A stretch of 64,000 bases of DNA from Leptogorgia sarmentosa (GCA_964658305.1 OZ210885.1:9176001-9240000); one strand, 5' to 3'. Shown: positions 14,615 to 26,201, counted from the stretch's first letter. The notes: generated by a model from the sequence alone, not told the origin. Numbers and translations: made by a program.

Positions 14615-15423
14615 ACTGTTTGGTTTAGTGTTTACTGTTCGGGTTAGTGTTTAATGTTTGGGTCAACCTTTACTGTTAGGGTTAGTGTTTACTGTGAGGG
14701 TCAGTGTTTACTGTTAGGGTCAGTGTTTACTGTTAGGGTCAGTGTTTACTGTTCGGGTTAGTGTTTAATGTGAGGGTCAGTGTTTACTGTGAGGGTCAGT
14801 GTTTACTGTTAGGGTCAGTGTTTACTGTTCGGGTTAGTGTTTAATGTGAGGGTCAGTGTTTACTGTTCGGGTTAGTGTTCACTGTGAGGGTCAGTGTTTA
14901 ATGTGAGGGTCAGTGTTTAATGTGAGGGTCAGTGTTTACTGTGAGGGTCAGTGTTTACTGTTAGGGTCAGTGTTTACTGTGAGGGTCAGTGTTTAATGTG
15001 AGGGTCAGTGTTTAATGTGAGGGTCAGTGTTTAATGTGAAGGTCAGTGTTTAATGTGAGGGTCAGTGTTTAATGTGAGGGTCAGTGTTTAATGTGAGGGT
15101 CAGTGTTTACTGTGAGGGTTAGTGTTTAATGTGAGGGTCAGTGTTTAATGTGAGGGTCAGTGTTTACTGTTCGGGTTAGTGTTTAATGTGAGGGTCAGTG
15201 TTTACTGTTCGGGTTAGTGTTCACTGTGAGGGTCAGTGTTTAATGTGAGGGTCAGTGTTTAATGTGAGGGTCAGTGTTTACTGTGAGGGTCAGTGTTTAC
15301 TGTTAGGGTCAGTGTTTACTGTGAGGGTCAGTGTTTAATGTGAGGGTCAGTGTTTAATGTGAGGGTCAGTGTTTAATGTGAGTGTCAGTGTTTACTGTTC
15401 GGGTCAGTGTTTACTGTTCGGGT
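14615..15423 (+). repeat. 19-bp minisatellite (GGGTCAGTGTTTACTGTGA)n, about 42 units
   Basis: Direct reading; unit variants tgtga/tgtta/tgttc and actg/aatg. Confidence 0.95.
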
Positions 15424-15764
15424 TTCTTGAAAGGGATTAGCTTGTGTCCATGCGTTTTTAACGGAACACATTTATTTATCTCGGATTTACTGTATCTTAT
15501 AGAGACATGTTAGGAGCGTAAGCGTCACGGTCATCGATAGTATGTCAGGATAAAGGTCCCTTTATCATTTTAGTCAGTGAGCGAGCTGCCTACTAATTCG
15601 TCTTAGCGAACAATGTTCGGTTAGTATAGAGGCATGTTAGGAGCGTATGCGTCACGGTCATCGATAGTATGTCAGGATAAAGGTCCCTTTATCATTTTAG
15701 TCAGTGAGGGAGCTGCCCACTAATTCGTCTTAGTTGTCAGGAAAGGTACATCCTTTAGCCAGGA

Positions 15765-16880
15765 AAAAATATACCTTGCCCAGGAACTTTGAGCTTGCTC
15801 GGACTTACTATATATTACGTCACTAATCTCACTTCGTATCATCGTATCACGAAAAAATATACCTTGCTCAGGACTTTTGAGCTTGCTCGGACTGATTATA
15901 TATTACGTCACTAATCTCACTTCGTATCATCGTATCACGAAAAAATATACCTTGCTCAGGACCTTTGAGCTTGCTCGGACTTACTATATATTACGTCATT
16001 AATCTCACTTCGTATCATCGTATCATCGTATCACGAAAAAATATACCTTGCCCAGGACCTTTCAGCTTGCTCGGACTTAGTATATATTACGTCACTAATC
16101 TCACTTCGTATCATCGTATCATCGTATCATGAAAAAATATACCTTGCTCAGGAACTTTGAGCTTGCTCGGACTTACTATATATTACGTCACTAATCTCAC
16201 TTCGTATCATCGTATCATCGTATCATGAAAAAATATACCTTGCCCAGGAACTTTGAGCTTGCTCGGACTTACTATATATTACGTCATTAATCTCACTTCG
16301 TATCATCGTATCATCGTATCACGAAAAAATATACCTTGCCTAGGAACTTTGAGCTTGCTCGGACTTACTATATATTACGTCACTAATCTCACTTCGTATC
16401 ATCGTATCATCGTATCACGAAAAAATATACCTTGCTCAGGAACTTTGAGCTTGCTCGGACTTACTATATATTACGTCATTAATCTCACTTCGTATCATTG
16501 TATCATCGTATCACGAAAAAATATACCTTGCTCAGGACCTTTAAGCTTGCTCGGACTTACTATATCTTACGTCAGTAATCTCACTTCGTATCATCGTATC
16601 ATCGTATCACGAAAAAATATACCTTGCCCAGGAACTTTGTGCTTGCTCGGACTTACTATATATTACGTCACTAATCTCACTTCGTATCATCGTATCATCG
16701 TATCACGAAAAAATATACCTTGCCCAGGAACTTTGAGCTTGCTCGGACTTACTATATATTACGTCACTAATCTCACTTCGTATCATCGTATCACGAAAAA
16801 ATATACCTTGCTCAGGACCTTTGAGCTTGCTCGGACTTACTATATATTACGTCATTAATCTCACTTCGTATCATCGTATC
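15765..16880 (+). repeat. 88/96-bp tandem repeat, about 12 units, length varying by one tcgtatca 8-mer
   Basis: Repeating aaaaaatataccttgc...gagcttgctcggacttactatatattacgtca...cgtatcat. Confidence 0.95.
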
Positions 16881-17076
16881 ATGATAACAAGTCATAGTTT
16901 CAAAAGTGGCGGGGTATTCTATAATCGCTCCGTAGGGGCTGCTATTTTTTAGCGAAGTTTGTTTACGAGACGTTGATTTTTTCGAATTGTTTTAAGCCGC
17001 AGTCACTGATCATGATATTATTTTTTACTTGCCAACCTTATCATATTATACTACTGCATGTTACGTCATGCGTGCG

Positions 17077-18067
17077 CAGGCCCGTAGCTGGCTCTTATTT
17101 TGTGGGGGGGCACTGCAGAAAAAATCTTTAAAAAGATTTGGTATGCTTTTGACATTAACATCGCGCGGAGCCTGTGGCAGATGTTCAGCGCGCGGCCCCT
17201 CACACATATTTTTTGAATTATATTTGTCGGGGCATGTCACAGCATTACCGCAATTTCAGGGCCGTAGGAACGGTTTGTAATTCTTGGAGAGGGGGGGGGG
17301 AGTCTCACGAGACGCCACCATGGTTGGCGTCGAGCGAGAAAATTTTGAGAATTTAGAGCCTCTAGATCGCCGGAAACGGCCATTTCATTTTAAGCCAAAA
17401 AGGTGCCATTTTGACTTTTGGGCGAATTGGGCCTCGTCTTTTGTTTTGCAAGGCCTCGCGTTTTTTTTTACTTGGTCTGATCTATGGGGCCTCGCTCTTC
17501 GGAGTAATGTTGTTTTACTTTTGTGGAGCTGCCGGTTTTTTGGGCCCGTTTTTGTCTACCCAAGCGTCGAAAAAAATTGGCGCGGGGCCCGTGGGCGGAC
17601 GCCCTTTCTGCCATAGGGTTAATCCGGCACTGTTTTGACCTTTGTGTTCGCAGCTAGTTTAGTTAGTGTCGTATGCCATGTTTCACACCCATTCAAATTT
17701 CAAAATGAAAATAAAGGGTATATTACAGTATTATCAAAGTATTATCATACAAAGTTCATTGGCTTTACTGTCATAAGTGAGCTTAACTTAAACCAAAAGC
17801 TACATATAAGTGTATTTATATTTCTGTTAATATTCAGATATTCAAACGTCACACAAACTACAAAATACCGCACTATTTGGGGCTATTTAATATGGCTATT
17901 ACACCAAAATAATTAGGCTACGCCTTCGATTACTATTCTTTCATGGACAGCCTCGCTGTCTAATTTTTAAACGGCAAAAAGATTGTGGCATAGGGGGGCA
18001 CAATTTCAATTTTCTTTCCGAGTGGGGGGGCACTGCCCCCCCAGGCCCCCCCTCAGCTACGGGCCTG
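17077..18067. mobile_element. hAT-like MITE, 14-bp TIR caggcccgtagctg, 8-bp TSD tgcgtgcg
   Basis: Perfect TIRs; TSD 17069-17076 and 18068-18075. Confidence 0.85.
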
Positions 18068-20924
18068 TGCGTGCGGCTTGTAGTGCTACCTATGATGAGT
18101 ATGATCATATGTACGCACTGCGTACCTAGTTTTGTAATTCTGCTCTCCGATTGTTGTTCGTAACATCTTCGTAGATTGTCGTCACTTCTTCCAATAATGA
18201 CGTCATGTTATTTTGAGGCTCGGGGAATTTCGCAGAGGACTGAGAGGAGGCGTCTAGTCTTCTTGCTGGAATTTCAGAAGGTATTTTACAACATCCACAG
18301 AAATTTATTGCTTATCTTTCGAACAAGATTCGAAATCGTTCCAAAATCTTTCGTTGTTTGGTTTCACGGACACAGAAAAGTCGCAATTCAAGGTAAATAT
18401 TGTTACAATTTGAACTTTCATTTACGGTCAGTTACATTTTATTCAACTTGAGACATTATCTTGTGATCATTGCAGTATGTTTTATTAAAGACATTGATGC
18501 AATCTTATATTAAAATTTCTCTGTCTTTGGCAAATTTGTTGTACTTTGGTTATATTGCATTTTATTTGTTTCATTTGATGAAATCAAATTGCTTGTAAAA
18601 TATACAGTCATGTAGTACTGTTGATTTATGATGAATATGAAAGTAAACATATTTTCATGTATGCCATTAGATTATTGTGGGTTTATTATGTCATAGATAA
18701 TATTGATTGTCTCATTAATTTGAGAGGCCTTTGTTGATTCTGTGTCGTTCAAATGATTTAGTTAATGTGCAGTCCACAGTAATGTCATGCATTCTATAAT
18801 GATGCACAAATGCGGAAGATAATTGCCAGATAACCTGTACTGATTTTTAGTAATAATATGTCTTGTGTCTTTGAATGCAAATCATAGAGTACACCTGTTG
18901 AGATTGCAACCAGAAACAGTAAAGGGAAAATCATCAACTATTAGTGCTGTGTGCCTTAGTGTTCAAAGCAGAGCAGAGCACCAGCATCATACATACATAG
19001 GTTTGTTTCCCGCCAGGGAATCTTATAGTTGATGAATTATTCTCAGCTGCCCCTTGTTTGGATTTTAACAATCCCTCATGCGTACAGGGGCGCTGGAGCA
19101 ACAAGGGCAACTGATTGTAACAACCTGCTGCCCTAACATTGCGAGGGCAACTGATTCACATGTGAACAAAAAACCCACATGAAATGACATTTGTAAGACT
19201 GTAACCCTATGGAACCCCACACAGGGTCTTGACTCTGACACTTTAGTGCCCTTTCCACAAAGCTTTCCCTGCCATCTGGTGCCCCTGCACTTGTATAATT
19301 TTTACTCAATAGTAAGACACATACAGTAACTCCCCTCAAAATTTTTCACATTGAATGAAGTTCTATAAAACCATAATGATTTACCCTCAACCTATACTGA
19401 TGTTATATTTCACTGCAAATTTCAAATGACAATTGAATTTAGGTTGTGTTTACCTGATTTAGATCAGACTACAAATTTCATGTGTGTTTTGAAATCATAA
19501 GGCTAATAAGGGATTGGATTAGATTTGACTACATCAATCTGAATTGAGTTACAACTCATTCTGGATTGAGTCAATTTTGATTTTGATTTCAATCTGGATG
19601 GATTGAATTGCTGATTGAAAATAATGCATTGAATGTGAAATCCTAATTTTATTGCAGAAAGAATATGACTGGGCCTGAAACTGCAAAACAAATCATGCAT
19701 GTTTTTTGCCCACATGTTTTCATTCCTGAAATTGCAGTTTGCATGTACATAAACTGTCAAGCTACACATGAGTTTCTTTCTGCCACTTACTGGAAAAATC
19801 CCCCTGCCTCTCGCACATTTTACTTTAATTTTCATTGTCAGATTTGTTAGCTTATGATAAGTATTATAAACTGTTTGAATCTATAAAACCCGATTGTCAG
19901 GAATTGTAACCGTGAGATTCCAGACCAGCATTCTGACCGACCGAGCTATAGAAGTCACTTGTTGAGTAATAACTTTAAGTTCATGTAGATTTATCTTGTA
20001 TTTGTGCAGATGGTTGGTTGTTATTGCTTAGTTGTTATATAATACTGCCCAAACAAAATCAAACTGCCACAGATACTGCCAAAGAACATTAAGTGTTTTA
20101 TTTCCCATCCCCGGTCATGATCAGGTCTAAAACATGGTAGCTACAGTATATATAATCCTCACATTGATTACCTCATTTATTATATATTGTGTACTTTGCC
20201 GATATCTTAGAGTATAGATGGGGGGGTGGGGGAGAACAAGGGGAGGGGGGACTGATTTTTTAGTTTGGGTCATGTTACAATAAAGTAGACCACAACATTT
20301 AGTTGGTCTATGAAACATCAATGAAATTGTTGATTTCTTGTCAAAATTAACACTGGCTCTGCCCCATTTTCTTATCTCTTTATAGAAATGTGATTGGTTC
20401 AGCTGTTGACATCATTGAACAACAATACAGAGGGTGAAAAATTTGATTTTCAACCTGAATCAAGGCTGCCAAATTAGAACATTTAGTTTCCTGAGATTAT
20501 AAAATAAATTAAGGTAAGTTAATTGTCCAGTAACAGACTTCAGAATGTGGTCAGTATTACCAGCGGATAACAGAATCGACAAGCATGAGATGCTCCTTGA
20601 TCGAGGATCAGTGTTGATAGTTAAGGAAAAGTGCACATATTATTTTTATGAGGGTGAACATATTAACATCTTTGTTGTCATTGGTTTTCCAATATGGTTT
20701 TTATTTCACCTACATATAGATTACTTAATGCAATTGTATATAATCCCATGTGTCTCTCATCTCCCACAATATTTCCTGGCAAAGGGCCCAGTTGTTCAAA
20801 ATGTCAAACCTTGTGGTTTCATTTAATATGTAGATAGTGGAAAAAAAATTTGCTGGTTGTCGATAATCAGTCATCGCACTCAGACATTAACCCAATTTCA
20901 ACATAATGTTAAAATTAGGATTTC

Positions 20925-22045
20925 ATTTTTAGTGCAAAGTTTCAAAGAAACTTTGTGCAGTATTGTGATGAGTGGCGAAAATTCACATCAGTCATGTAAT
21001 CATTCAGTCATTCATAGTGTAAACTCCGGGGGGAGCGTCCCAAATTCTCCTGACATGCGAAACTCGGTATTTGACTGATATCCTTGAAATGTTTGAAGAA
21101 AAATGATTCGATTGCAGTTATATATCGTTGCTCATCATTATTTGCAGTTGTTCTCATTGATATGAAAGTTTGTTAGAAGTGAAATGTGATCAAAGAAGCG
21201 CAGAAATACAGTACACAATGGCGGACGCCCCTCCGGAATTTCAGTTTTTGCAAAAATTGCAACTCAGCACTTTTGGGGAATGAAATTACACAATATGGCG
21301 GACGCTATGAGTGGGGCCGTGAATCAGTAATTCACTGACTGTGATGATAATATAATGTGGCCAACATGTCTGAATGCGTTGATAAAACAGTTAAAATGTT
21401 CTTTATATATCAGCAATGAATCTAGAGATTTGAATTAGTAGAAAACTTGTATTTGTCATGGACAGTTTAGTACTGTTAACAGCCGCCGTGCGTATTTATA
21501 TTAAAAATTTAGTTGGCCGACATTGCGGGCAAACTAAAATGTGTAACACAGTAGAACTCGTCATATATTTTAAATTGGTTGATGATAGGCAACATATTTG
21601 CGAGCTTTCGCATTTATAGCTTTCGTGTTTGTTTTCGCTGTCTCCGACTCGACAACACTGGTCGACGGCATCACTAAACTTGGGCTGTTTGTTTGCCCGA
21701 AAATACCGGGGATTTACAGAATTTTCGATACTAAATGAACTAAACAACATATCGGCATACAAAAGTAAATTTAACGTTGGCTGATACTGTGAATAAACTG
21801 GATATTTTATTAAGACGCAGAAGTAGCGTGCCACATTGTGACTTAACTCTTCTAAGATCATTTGTTCAGTACGATGTGTATATAATTTCAAAAAATTCAG
21901 AGGTCAGAGATTTATCTGATTTGCTTTACACGCGCGCTGCTGCGATGGCAGTTGCTTCCAGACAATAAAATAGTGATTATTTTCTCGTATCACGTCAACA
22001 ATGTTTCCTTAGTTTTCTTTTGAAAAATATGATTTTATTGTCCTC
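20925..22045 (+). repeat. ~1.1-kb dispersed repeat, inverted copy at about 52615-53740, fragment at about 57945-58035
   Basis: Extended reverse-complement similarity, e.g. tttagtgcaaagtttcaaagaaac and ttcagtttttgcaaaaattgcaactcagcac. Confidence 0.8.
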
Positions 22046-22047
22046 TA

Positions 22048-22170
22048 AGGCCTAGGTCAAACGTCGAACTTTTCATGTGCCGAACCTAATGTTAATGAGC
22101 CAAGTTCTTTGTTTGAGCTCATTTGCATTAGGTTCAGCGCATGAAAAGTTCGACGTTCGACCTAGGCCTT
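22048..22170. mobile_element. Palindromic Tourist/Harbinger-like MITE; copies at about 33290-33415 and 54085-54208
   Basis: ggcctaggtcaaacgtcgaacttttcatg ... catgaaaagttcgacgttcgacctaggcc flanked by taa/tta. Confidence 0.75.
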
Positions 22171-22431
22171 AGAAACTTTGCACTATCCTTGGATCCCTAG
22201 TTTCTATTTTATATTCAAATACAAAATTTCTCTTGGCATGTTTCATAACCTTAATACAATAAAAAACGCGACATCTTTCCGTTGAATTTGTGGATGGAAA
22301 ACTTGTACATTGAATCTGTCACTTTAAACACTCATCCGCCACCACCGAGAACAGAACTTCCTCTCCTCGAGTTTTTCCCCCAAAAAATCATGTTTACATA
22401 TTGAGGCCAAAGTGTTGAAGACTTTGCATAA

Positions 22432-22513
22432 CGTAGTCGGCAGGATTTGAACCTGGGCGGGAAACTCCCAACAGATTTCTAGTCTGCCGCCTTAACCGCT
22501 CGGCCACGACTAC
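22432..22513 (-). tRNA. tRNA-Ser: tRNA-Ser(AGA)
   Basis: 82-nt GTAGTCGTGGCCGAG..., anticodon arm GCAGA-CTAGAAA-TCTGT, long variable arm. Confidence 0.85.
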
Positions 22514-22649
22514 GTTGCCACAACCAACAGGTTTCGCGTTGTTCAACTAAACATTCACATCTACAACTGACCTATACTCTGAGGTGACCGCGTGGGACGT
22601 AGGCCCAAGGTTGCTTGGGAATAAAATGGATGAAAAAATGAAAATAATC

Positions 22650-22730
22650 TGTGTTAGCGGGGAATCGAACCCCGGTCTCCCGCGTGGCAGGGCGTGGCAG
22701 GCGATAATTCTACCACTGAACCACCAACGC
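22650..22730 (-). pseudogene. tRNA-Gly: tRNA-Gly(GCC) pseudogene with 10-nt tandem duplication of the anticodon region
   Basis: GCGTTGGTGGTTCAGTGG...CCTGCCACGC x2; acceptor-stem mismatch. Confidence 0.75.
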
Positions 22731-23023
22731 AAAGTTGCCCAACTTTTTCGTTATAATGTTCATATTCCACAATTCAAGATGCCCATCATTTTCACCAAAC
22801 ACTTTCAAATGATAGATAAGAGTATGTTTTAGGAAATTGTTACACTTTAAATATGATCAGTAAAATCTATTTTTTGTGTGGAAAAGCAAGCTATATCATG
22901 TCAACAAGAACTTAAATACAGAAAACACCAAATGAGTGGGTGAGAGGGATAGAGCTAGTATAATGGCAATGGTTTTGATAATTTCTCGAATTGCATATTT
23001 TTTTCCTTCTCTCGCAAGTATTA

Positions 23024-23095
23024 TTCCCATGCCGGGAATCGAACCCGGGCCTTAGCGGTGAGAGCGCCAGATCCTGACCACTGAACCACATGGGA
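23024..23095 (-). tRNA. tRNA-Glu: tRNA-Glu(CTC)
   Basis: TCCCATGTGG...TGGCG-CTCTCAC-CGCTA...GGTTCGATTCCCGGCATGGGAA. Confidence 0.8.
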
Positions 23096-23188
23096 GAAAC
23101 ATTTATCTTTTCTCGGAATGTGAAAATAACGGTAATATTTTTAATTTGAATTTGGTAAATTTCGAGAGACAGCGTGGCCAGAAGTGCT

Positions 23189-23231
23189 TGACCTTGAAGT
23201 GAATTGAACACTCAACCTTCTGATCTGGAGT
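23189..23231 (-). pseudogene. tRNA-Trp: tRNA-Trp(CCA) 3' half fragment
   Basis: Matches the 3' half of 25009-25081 but keeps CTCCAGA-TCAGA; 5' half absent. Confidence 0.6.
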
Positions 23232-23248
23232 TTAGAAGGGAAGAATTT

Positions 23249-23321
23249 GCCTCATTAGCTCAGTGGTTAGAGCACTGGTCTTGTAAACCAGGGGTCCAGA
23301 GTTCAAATATCTGATGAGGCT
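23249..23321 (+). tRNA. tRNA-Thr: tRNA-Thr(TGT)
   Basis: 73-nt cloverleaf, CTGGT-CTTGTAA-ACCAG; one T-stem mismatch. Confidence 0.8.
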
Positions 23322-23561
23322 CAAAGAATCGTTATCAGAAAGTTAGTTTTGAGAATGCGAAATAATCTTAAAGTGGAACTCAGAGTACCGCTTAGTAGCT
23401 TGAAATATATTCGATATTATAAATCAATCAAAGACTAAATAGTAACGTTTTACAAAGAATGAAAACAAGTGCATAATCTTCACTCTTATTTTTACCATGT
23501 TGAAACATCACATCAGTGCAGGATGGGAAAGTAATATAATTCTACAGCAAGCTTTTGAGTT

Positions 23562-23634
23562 GCCTCATTAGCTCAGGGGTTAGAGCACTGGTCTAGTAAA
23601 CCAGGGGTCCAGAGTTCAAATCTCTGATGAGGCT
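23562..23634 (+). tRNA. tRNA-Thr: tRNA-Thr(AGT)
   Basis: 73-nt cloverleaf, CTGGT-CTAGTAA-ACCAG, followed by T-rich terminator-like tract. Confidence 0.85.
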
Positions 23635-23784
23635 TTATTTTCTTCGAAAACACTGAAGGACGTAGAAGACAAACGCCCAGATTGTATTCCATGTGCTGTT
23701 CAGTGAGTTAAAACTGATGAAATAAAAAAGCTATTGAAAGAGTACTATGTTGGAAAAAACATGCTATGAAGATTTTAGCATGTC

Positions 23785-23857
23785 GCCTCATTAGCTCAGG
23801 GGTTAGAGCACTGGTTTCGTAAACCAGGGGTCCAGAGTTCAATTCTCTGATGAGGCT
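23785..23857 (+). tRNA. tRNA-Thr: tRNA-Thr(CGT)
   Basis: 73-nt cloverleaf, CTGGT-TTCGTAA-ACCAG. Confidence 0.8.
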
Positions 23858-23987
23858 TTGTGAATAAGTGTTCATCCATTTCCTTTTTTGTAATTGGTTA
23901 CAAGGTATGTACTTAACTCTCATGATTGTATGAGAAGTGTGACCCGAAACAAAATTTTTGGAGTGAATTTATTTCATAAAAACACGT

Positions 23988-24057
23988 GATAATACGGGAA
24001 TTGGCCCCGGCCCATGGCGGTGAAAACGCCAGATCCTAACCCCAAAAACATATGGGA
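23988..24057 (-). pseudogene. tRNA-Glu: Degenerate tRNA-Glu(TTC)
   Basis: Anticodon arm TGGCG-TTTTCAC-CGCCA kept; A box, B box and acceptor stem decayed. Confidence 0.6.
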
Positions 24058-24079
24058 GTGATAACTTGTTCACTATTCC

Positions 24080-24136
24080 TGTGCTACAAAATCGAACTCC
24101 GGTCTCCCGCGTGGCAGGCGAGGAACCACCAACGCA
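24080..24136 (-). pseudogene. tRNA-Gly: Deleted tRNA-Gly(GCC) remnant
   Basis: ggtctcccgcgtggcaggcga...ccaccaacgc with D-arm deletion; flank paralogous to 22730-23150. Confidence 0.6.
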
Positions 24137-24416
24137 AAGTTGCTCAATTCTTTCGTTATAATGTTCATATTCCACAAGATGCCGAACATTTTCACTAAAC
24201 AACTTCGAATAATAAATCAGAGTAAGTTCTAGGAAATTGTTACACTTTAAACATGATCAGCAAAATCATTTTTTGTGGAAAAGCAAGATCATGTCAACAA
24301 AGACTTAAATACAGAAAACACCAAAAGAATGGGTAAGAGGGATAGAGCTAGTATAATAACAATAGTTTTGTTAATATCTCGAATTCCATAATTTTTTCCT
24401 TCTGTCGCAAGTATTA

Positions 24417-24488
24417 TTCCCTTGCCGGGAATCGAACCTAGGCCTTGGCGGTGAGAGAGCCAGATCCTGACCACTGGACAACATGGGA
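24417..24488 (-). tRNA. tRNA-Glu: tRNA-Glu(CTC), degenerate (likely pseudogene)
   Basis: Paralogue of 23024-23095 with mismatches in acceptor, anticodon and T stems. Confidence 0.6.
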
Positions 24489-25008
24489 GAAACATTTATC
24501 TATTCTTGGAATGTGAAAATAACGATAATATTTTTAATTTGAAATTGGAAGAAAATTTCGAGACACAGCGTGGCAAGAAGGCAGAAAATTATTTTGGGAT
24601 CACTTTCTTTGGGATACTTAGTAACCGCGCGTATTTTACATGTTGTATTGCAAAATCTATTCATACAAAAGGTTTTTACCGGCAATTTTGTAGCGCCTCG
24701 TTGGCTCAGAGGTTCTGTTCCCCACTCGTCAGCAGCGCCCCCGCAGGTTCGATTCTCGCGTGTTGGCTTTTTGTAACTTTGTTTATTTTTCTTCATTTTG
24801 TTTTTTTTCTCAACATTTTGTTGTTAGGGTCAGAAATTGTGTTTGGGTCTGGATTAGAAAAACAAAAGAAAAGACAATATTTTGTGTTTAGAGTCAGAAT
24901 TGCGCATATAATATTCTCAACGATAAAGTGTGTCAAGTGAAAAATCTAGATTAGTGCTTGGTAACCAAGCCTTAAAGTGATCCCAAAATTTCTGCGGCCA
25001 GAAGTGCT

Positions 25009-25081
25009 TGACCTTGAAGTGAATTGAACACTTAACCTTCTCATCTTGAGTCAGACGCGCTACCAATTGCGCCACAAGGTC
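25009..25081 (-). tRNA. tRNA-Trp body with anticodon mutated to CAA (likely pseudogene)
   Basis: GACCTTGTGGCGCAATTGGTAGCGCG-TCTGA-CTCAAGA-TGAGA...; Trp scaffold with anticodon-stem mismatch. Confidence 0.65.
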
Positions 25082-25459
25082 GTGGCTGTGTTGAACTCGT
25101 TTGCTTTCGTAGAATGAGTTTGAGAATGTGAACACAATCTCTTTCTCTTTTTCTCGTGTTGCAATTAAAATTGAAATGCAAAATAATGAAAATATTCTGA
25201 GTTAGCGGGGAATAAAATTATAAAACAGCGAAGAATGATCAAGAATTTAGAATACAATGCAAAACTCTGTCCATGATCAAATAGTTGGTGGCTATCAAAT
25301 ATTTTCGACCAAAAGAGGGTGATATCAGAAAAAATCATTTTTACTCTTTCTTTTTTCCTGTATAAAATTACAAGTTTTCACAAAATGTGGATAAGAAGCA
25401 TCACTTTTTGAAACTTATATCAGCTCAATAAACCACAACGTCCTTGAACAACGAAGATT

Positions 25460-25541
25460 TTGCAGCGGTGGGATTCGAACCCACGTCATCGAAATGACTG
25501 GTGCCTAAAACCAGCGCATTAGGCGACTCGGGCACACCATC
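25460..25541 (-). pseudogene. tRNA-Leu: Degenerate tRNA-Leu(TAG)
   Basis: CTGGT-TTTAGGC-ACCAG and variable arm intact; D arm and acceptor stem mutated. Confidence 0.65.
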
Positions 25542-25674
25542 TTAACCTTAAACGTATCTATTAAATGATTTCCCTTTATTAAATGTCCACGACTTTTGAA
25601 GAGATGCCTTTGGGTGTGAAAGAAACAAAAAATGTTAAAAAATGAGGAAACATTTTAACCAAGCATCGTGTTAA

Positions 25675-25746
25675 GGTTCTGTGGTGTAATGGTTAGCACT
25701 TTGGACTCTGAATCCAGCGATCCGAGTTCAAGTCTCGGCAGAACCT
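25675..25746 (+). tRNA. tRNA-Gln: tRNA-Gln(CTG)
   Basis: GGTTCTGTGGTGTAATGG...TTGGA-CTCTGAA-TCCAG...CAGAACCT. Confidence 0.9.
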
Positions 25747-26201
25747 ATATTGGACAGGAGATTTAAAGGTTATTTTAAGGTCACCAATTTTATTACCATT
25801 CTCTTTCACCGTCCATTTTCCAATTCGGAGTTAATTGACAGAAATTGATCCAAGAACAAAATGAAAGCGAAAACGAACTAGTTATTTTAATTACAAAAGG
25901 ATACTGCGTTAAAAGCTCTTTTAACCAATAAAGTTATAAAGGAGTGAAAATCAAGAATTTAAAAACTAATGGAAAAACTCTTTCCCCGATCAAATGTTTT
26001 TTGCCATTATTCATGGTTTCGAAGGTTTTCCAGGCTATCGCGAATATAGTTTTACTGTGCTGGAATTAGATCTTTATTAATCGTGTCAGCACGAAACGAG
26101 GGTGAAATTAGAAAATATTCATTTTACTTTCCTTCGGTTGCGGGTTAAATTATGAACGAATAGTGAATCGTTAGTGAATCTAGCCATGAACAATGAAAAT
26201 T

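Larger units (their letters stand above)
13836..16931. mobile_element. Foldback-like (MULE-like) element with satellite-expanded inverted arms and 8-bp TSD gtaggggc
   Basis: TIR gattatagaataccccgccacttttgaaactatgacttgttatcatgatacg at both ends; TSD 13828-13835 and 16932-16939. Confidence 0.75.
13453..18097. mobile_element. Outer TIR DNA element (long inverted arms) hosting two younger insertions; related partial copy at about 51885-52128
   Basis: 13453-13620 is the reverse complement of 16932-17076 plus 18068-18097; the uninterrupted junction gaagtaggggctgctatttttt is seen at 52005-52027. Confidence 0.7.

Noticed and set aside
14615..15423. Telomeric repeat array
   Set aside because: TTAGGG occurs only as part of some 19-bp units; not a (TTAGGG)n tract
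15765..16880. CRISPR-like array, or 201-aa repeat protein ORF 16253-16858 (and 13870-14223)
   Set aside because: Units are head-to-tail with no unique spacers and no cas genes; ORFs arise because 96- and 93-bp units lack stops in one frame
19890..19955. tRNA gene on the minus strand
   Set aside because: Only an A-box-like tagctcggtcggtcagaatgc; no cloverleaf, probably a SINE-head remnant
18180..20515. Plus-strand spliced gene (donor-like sites near 18392 and 20513, acceptor near 20385)
   Set aside because: Candidate exons contain stops and no coherent ORF; a lncRNA cannot be supported without transcripts
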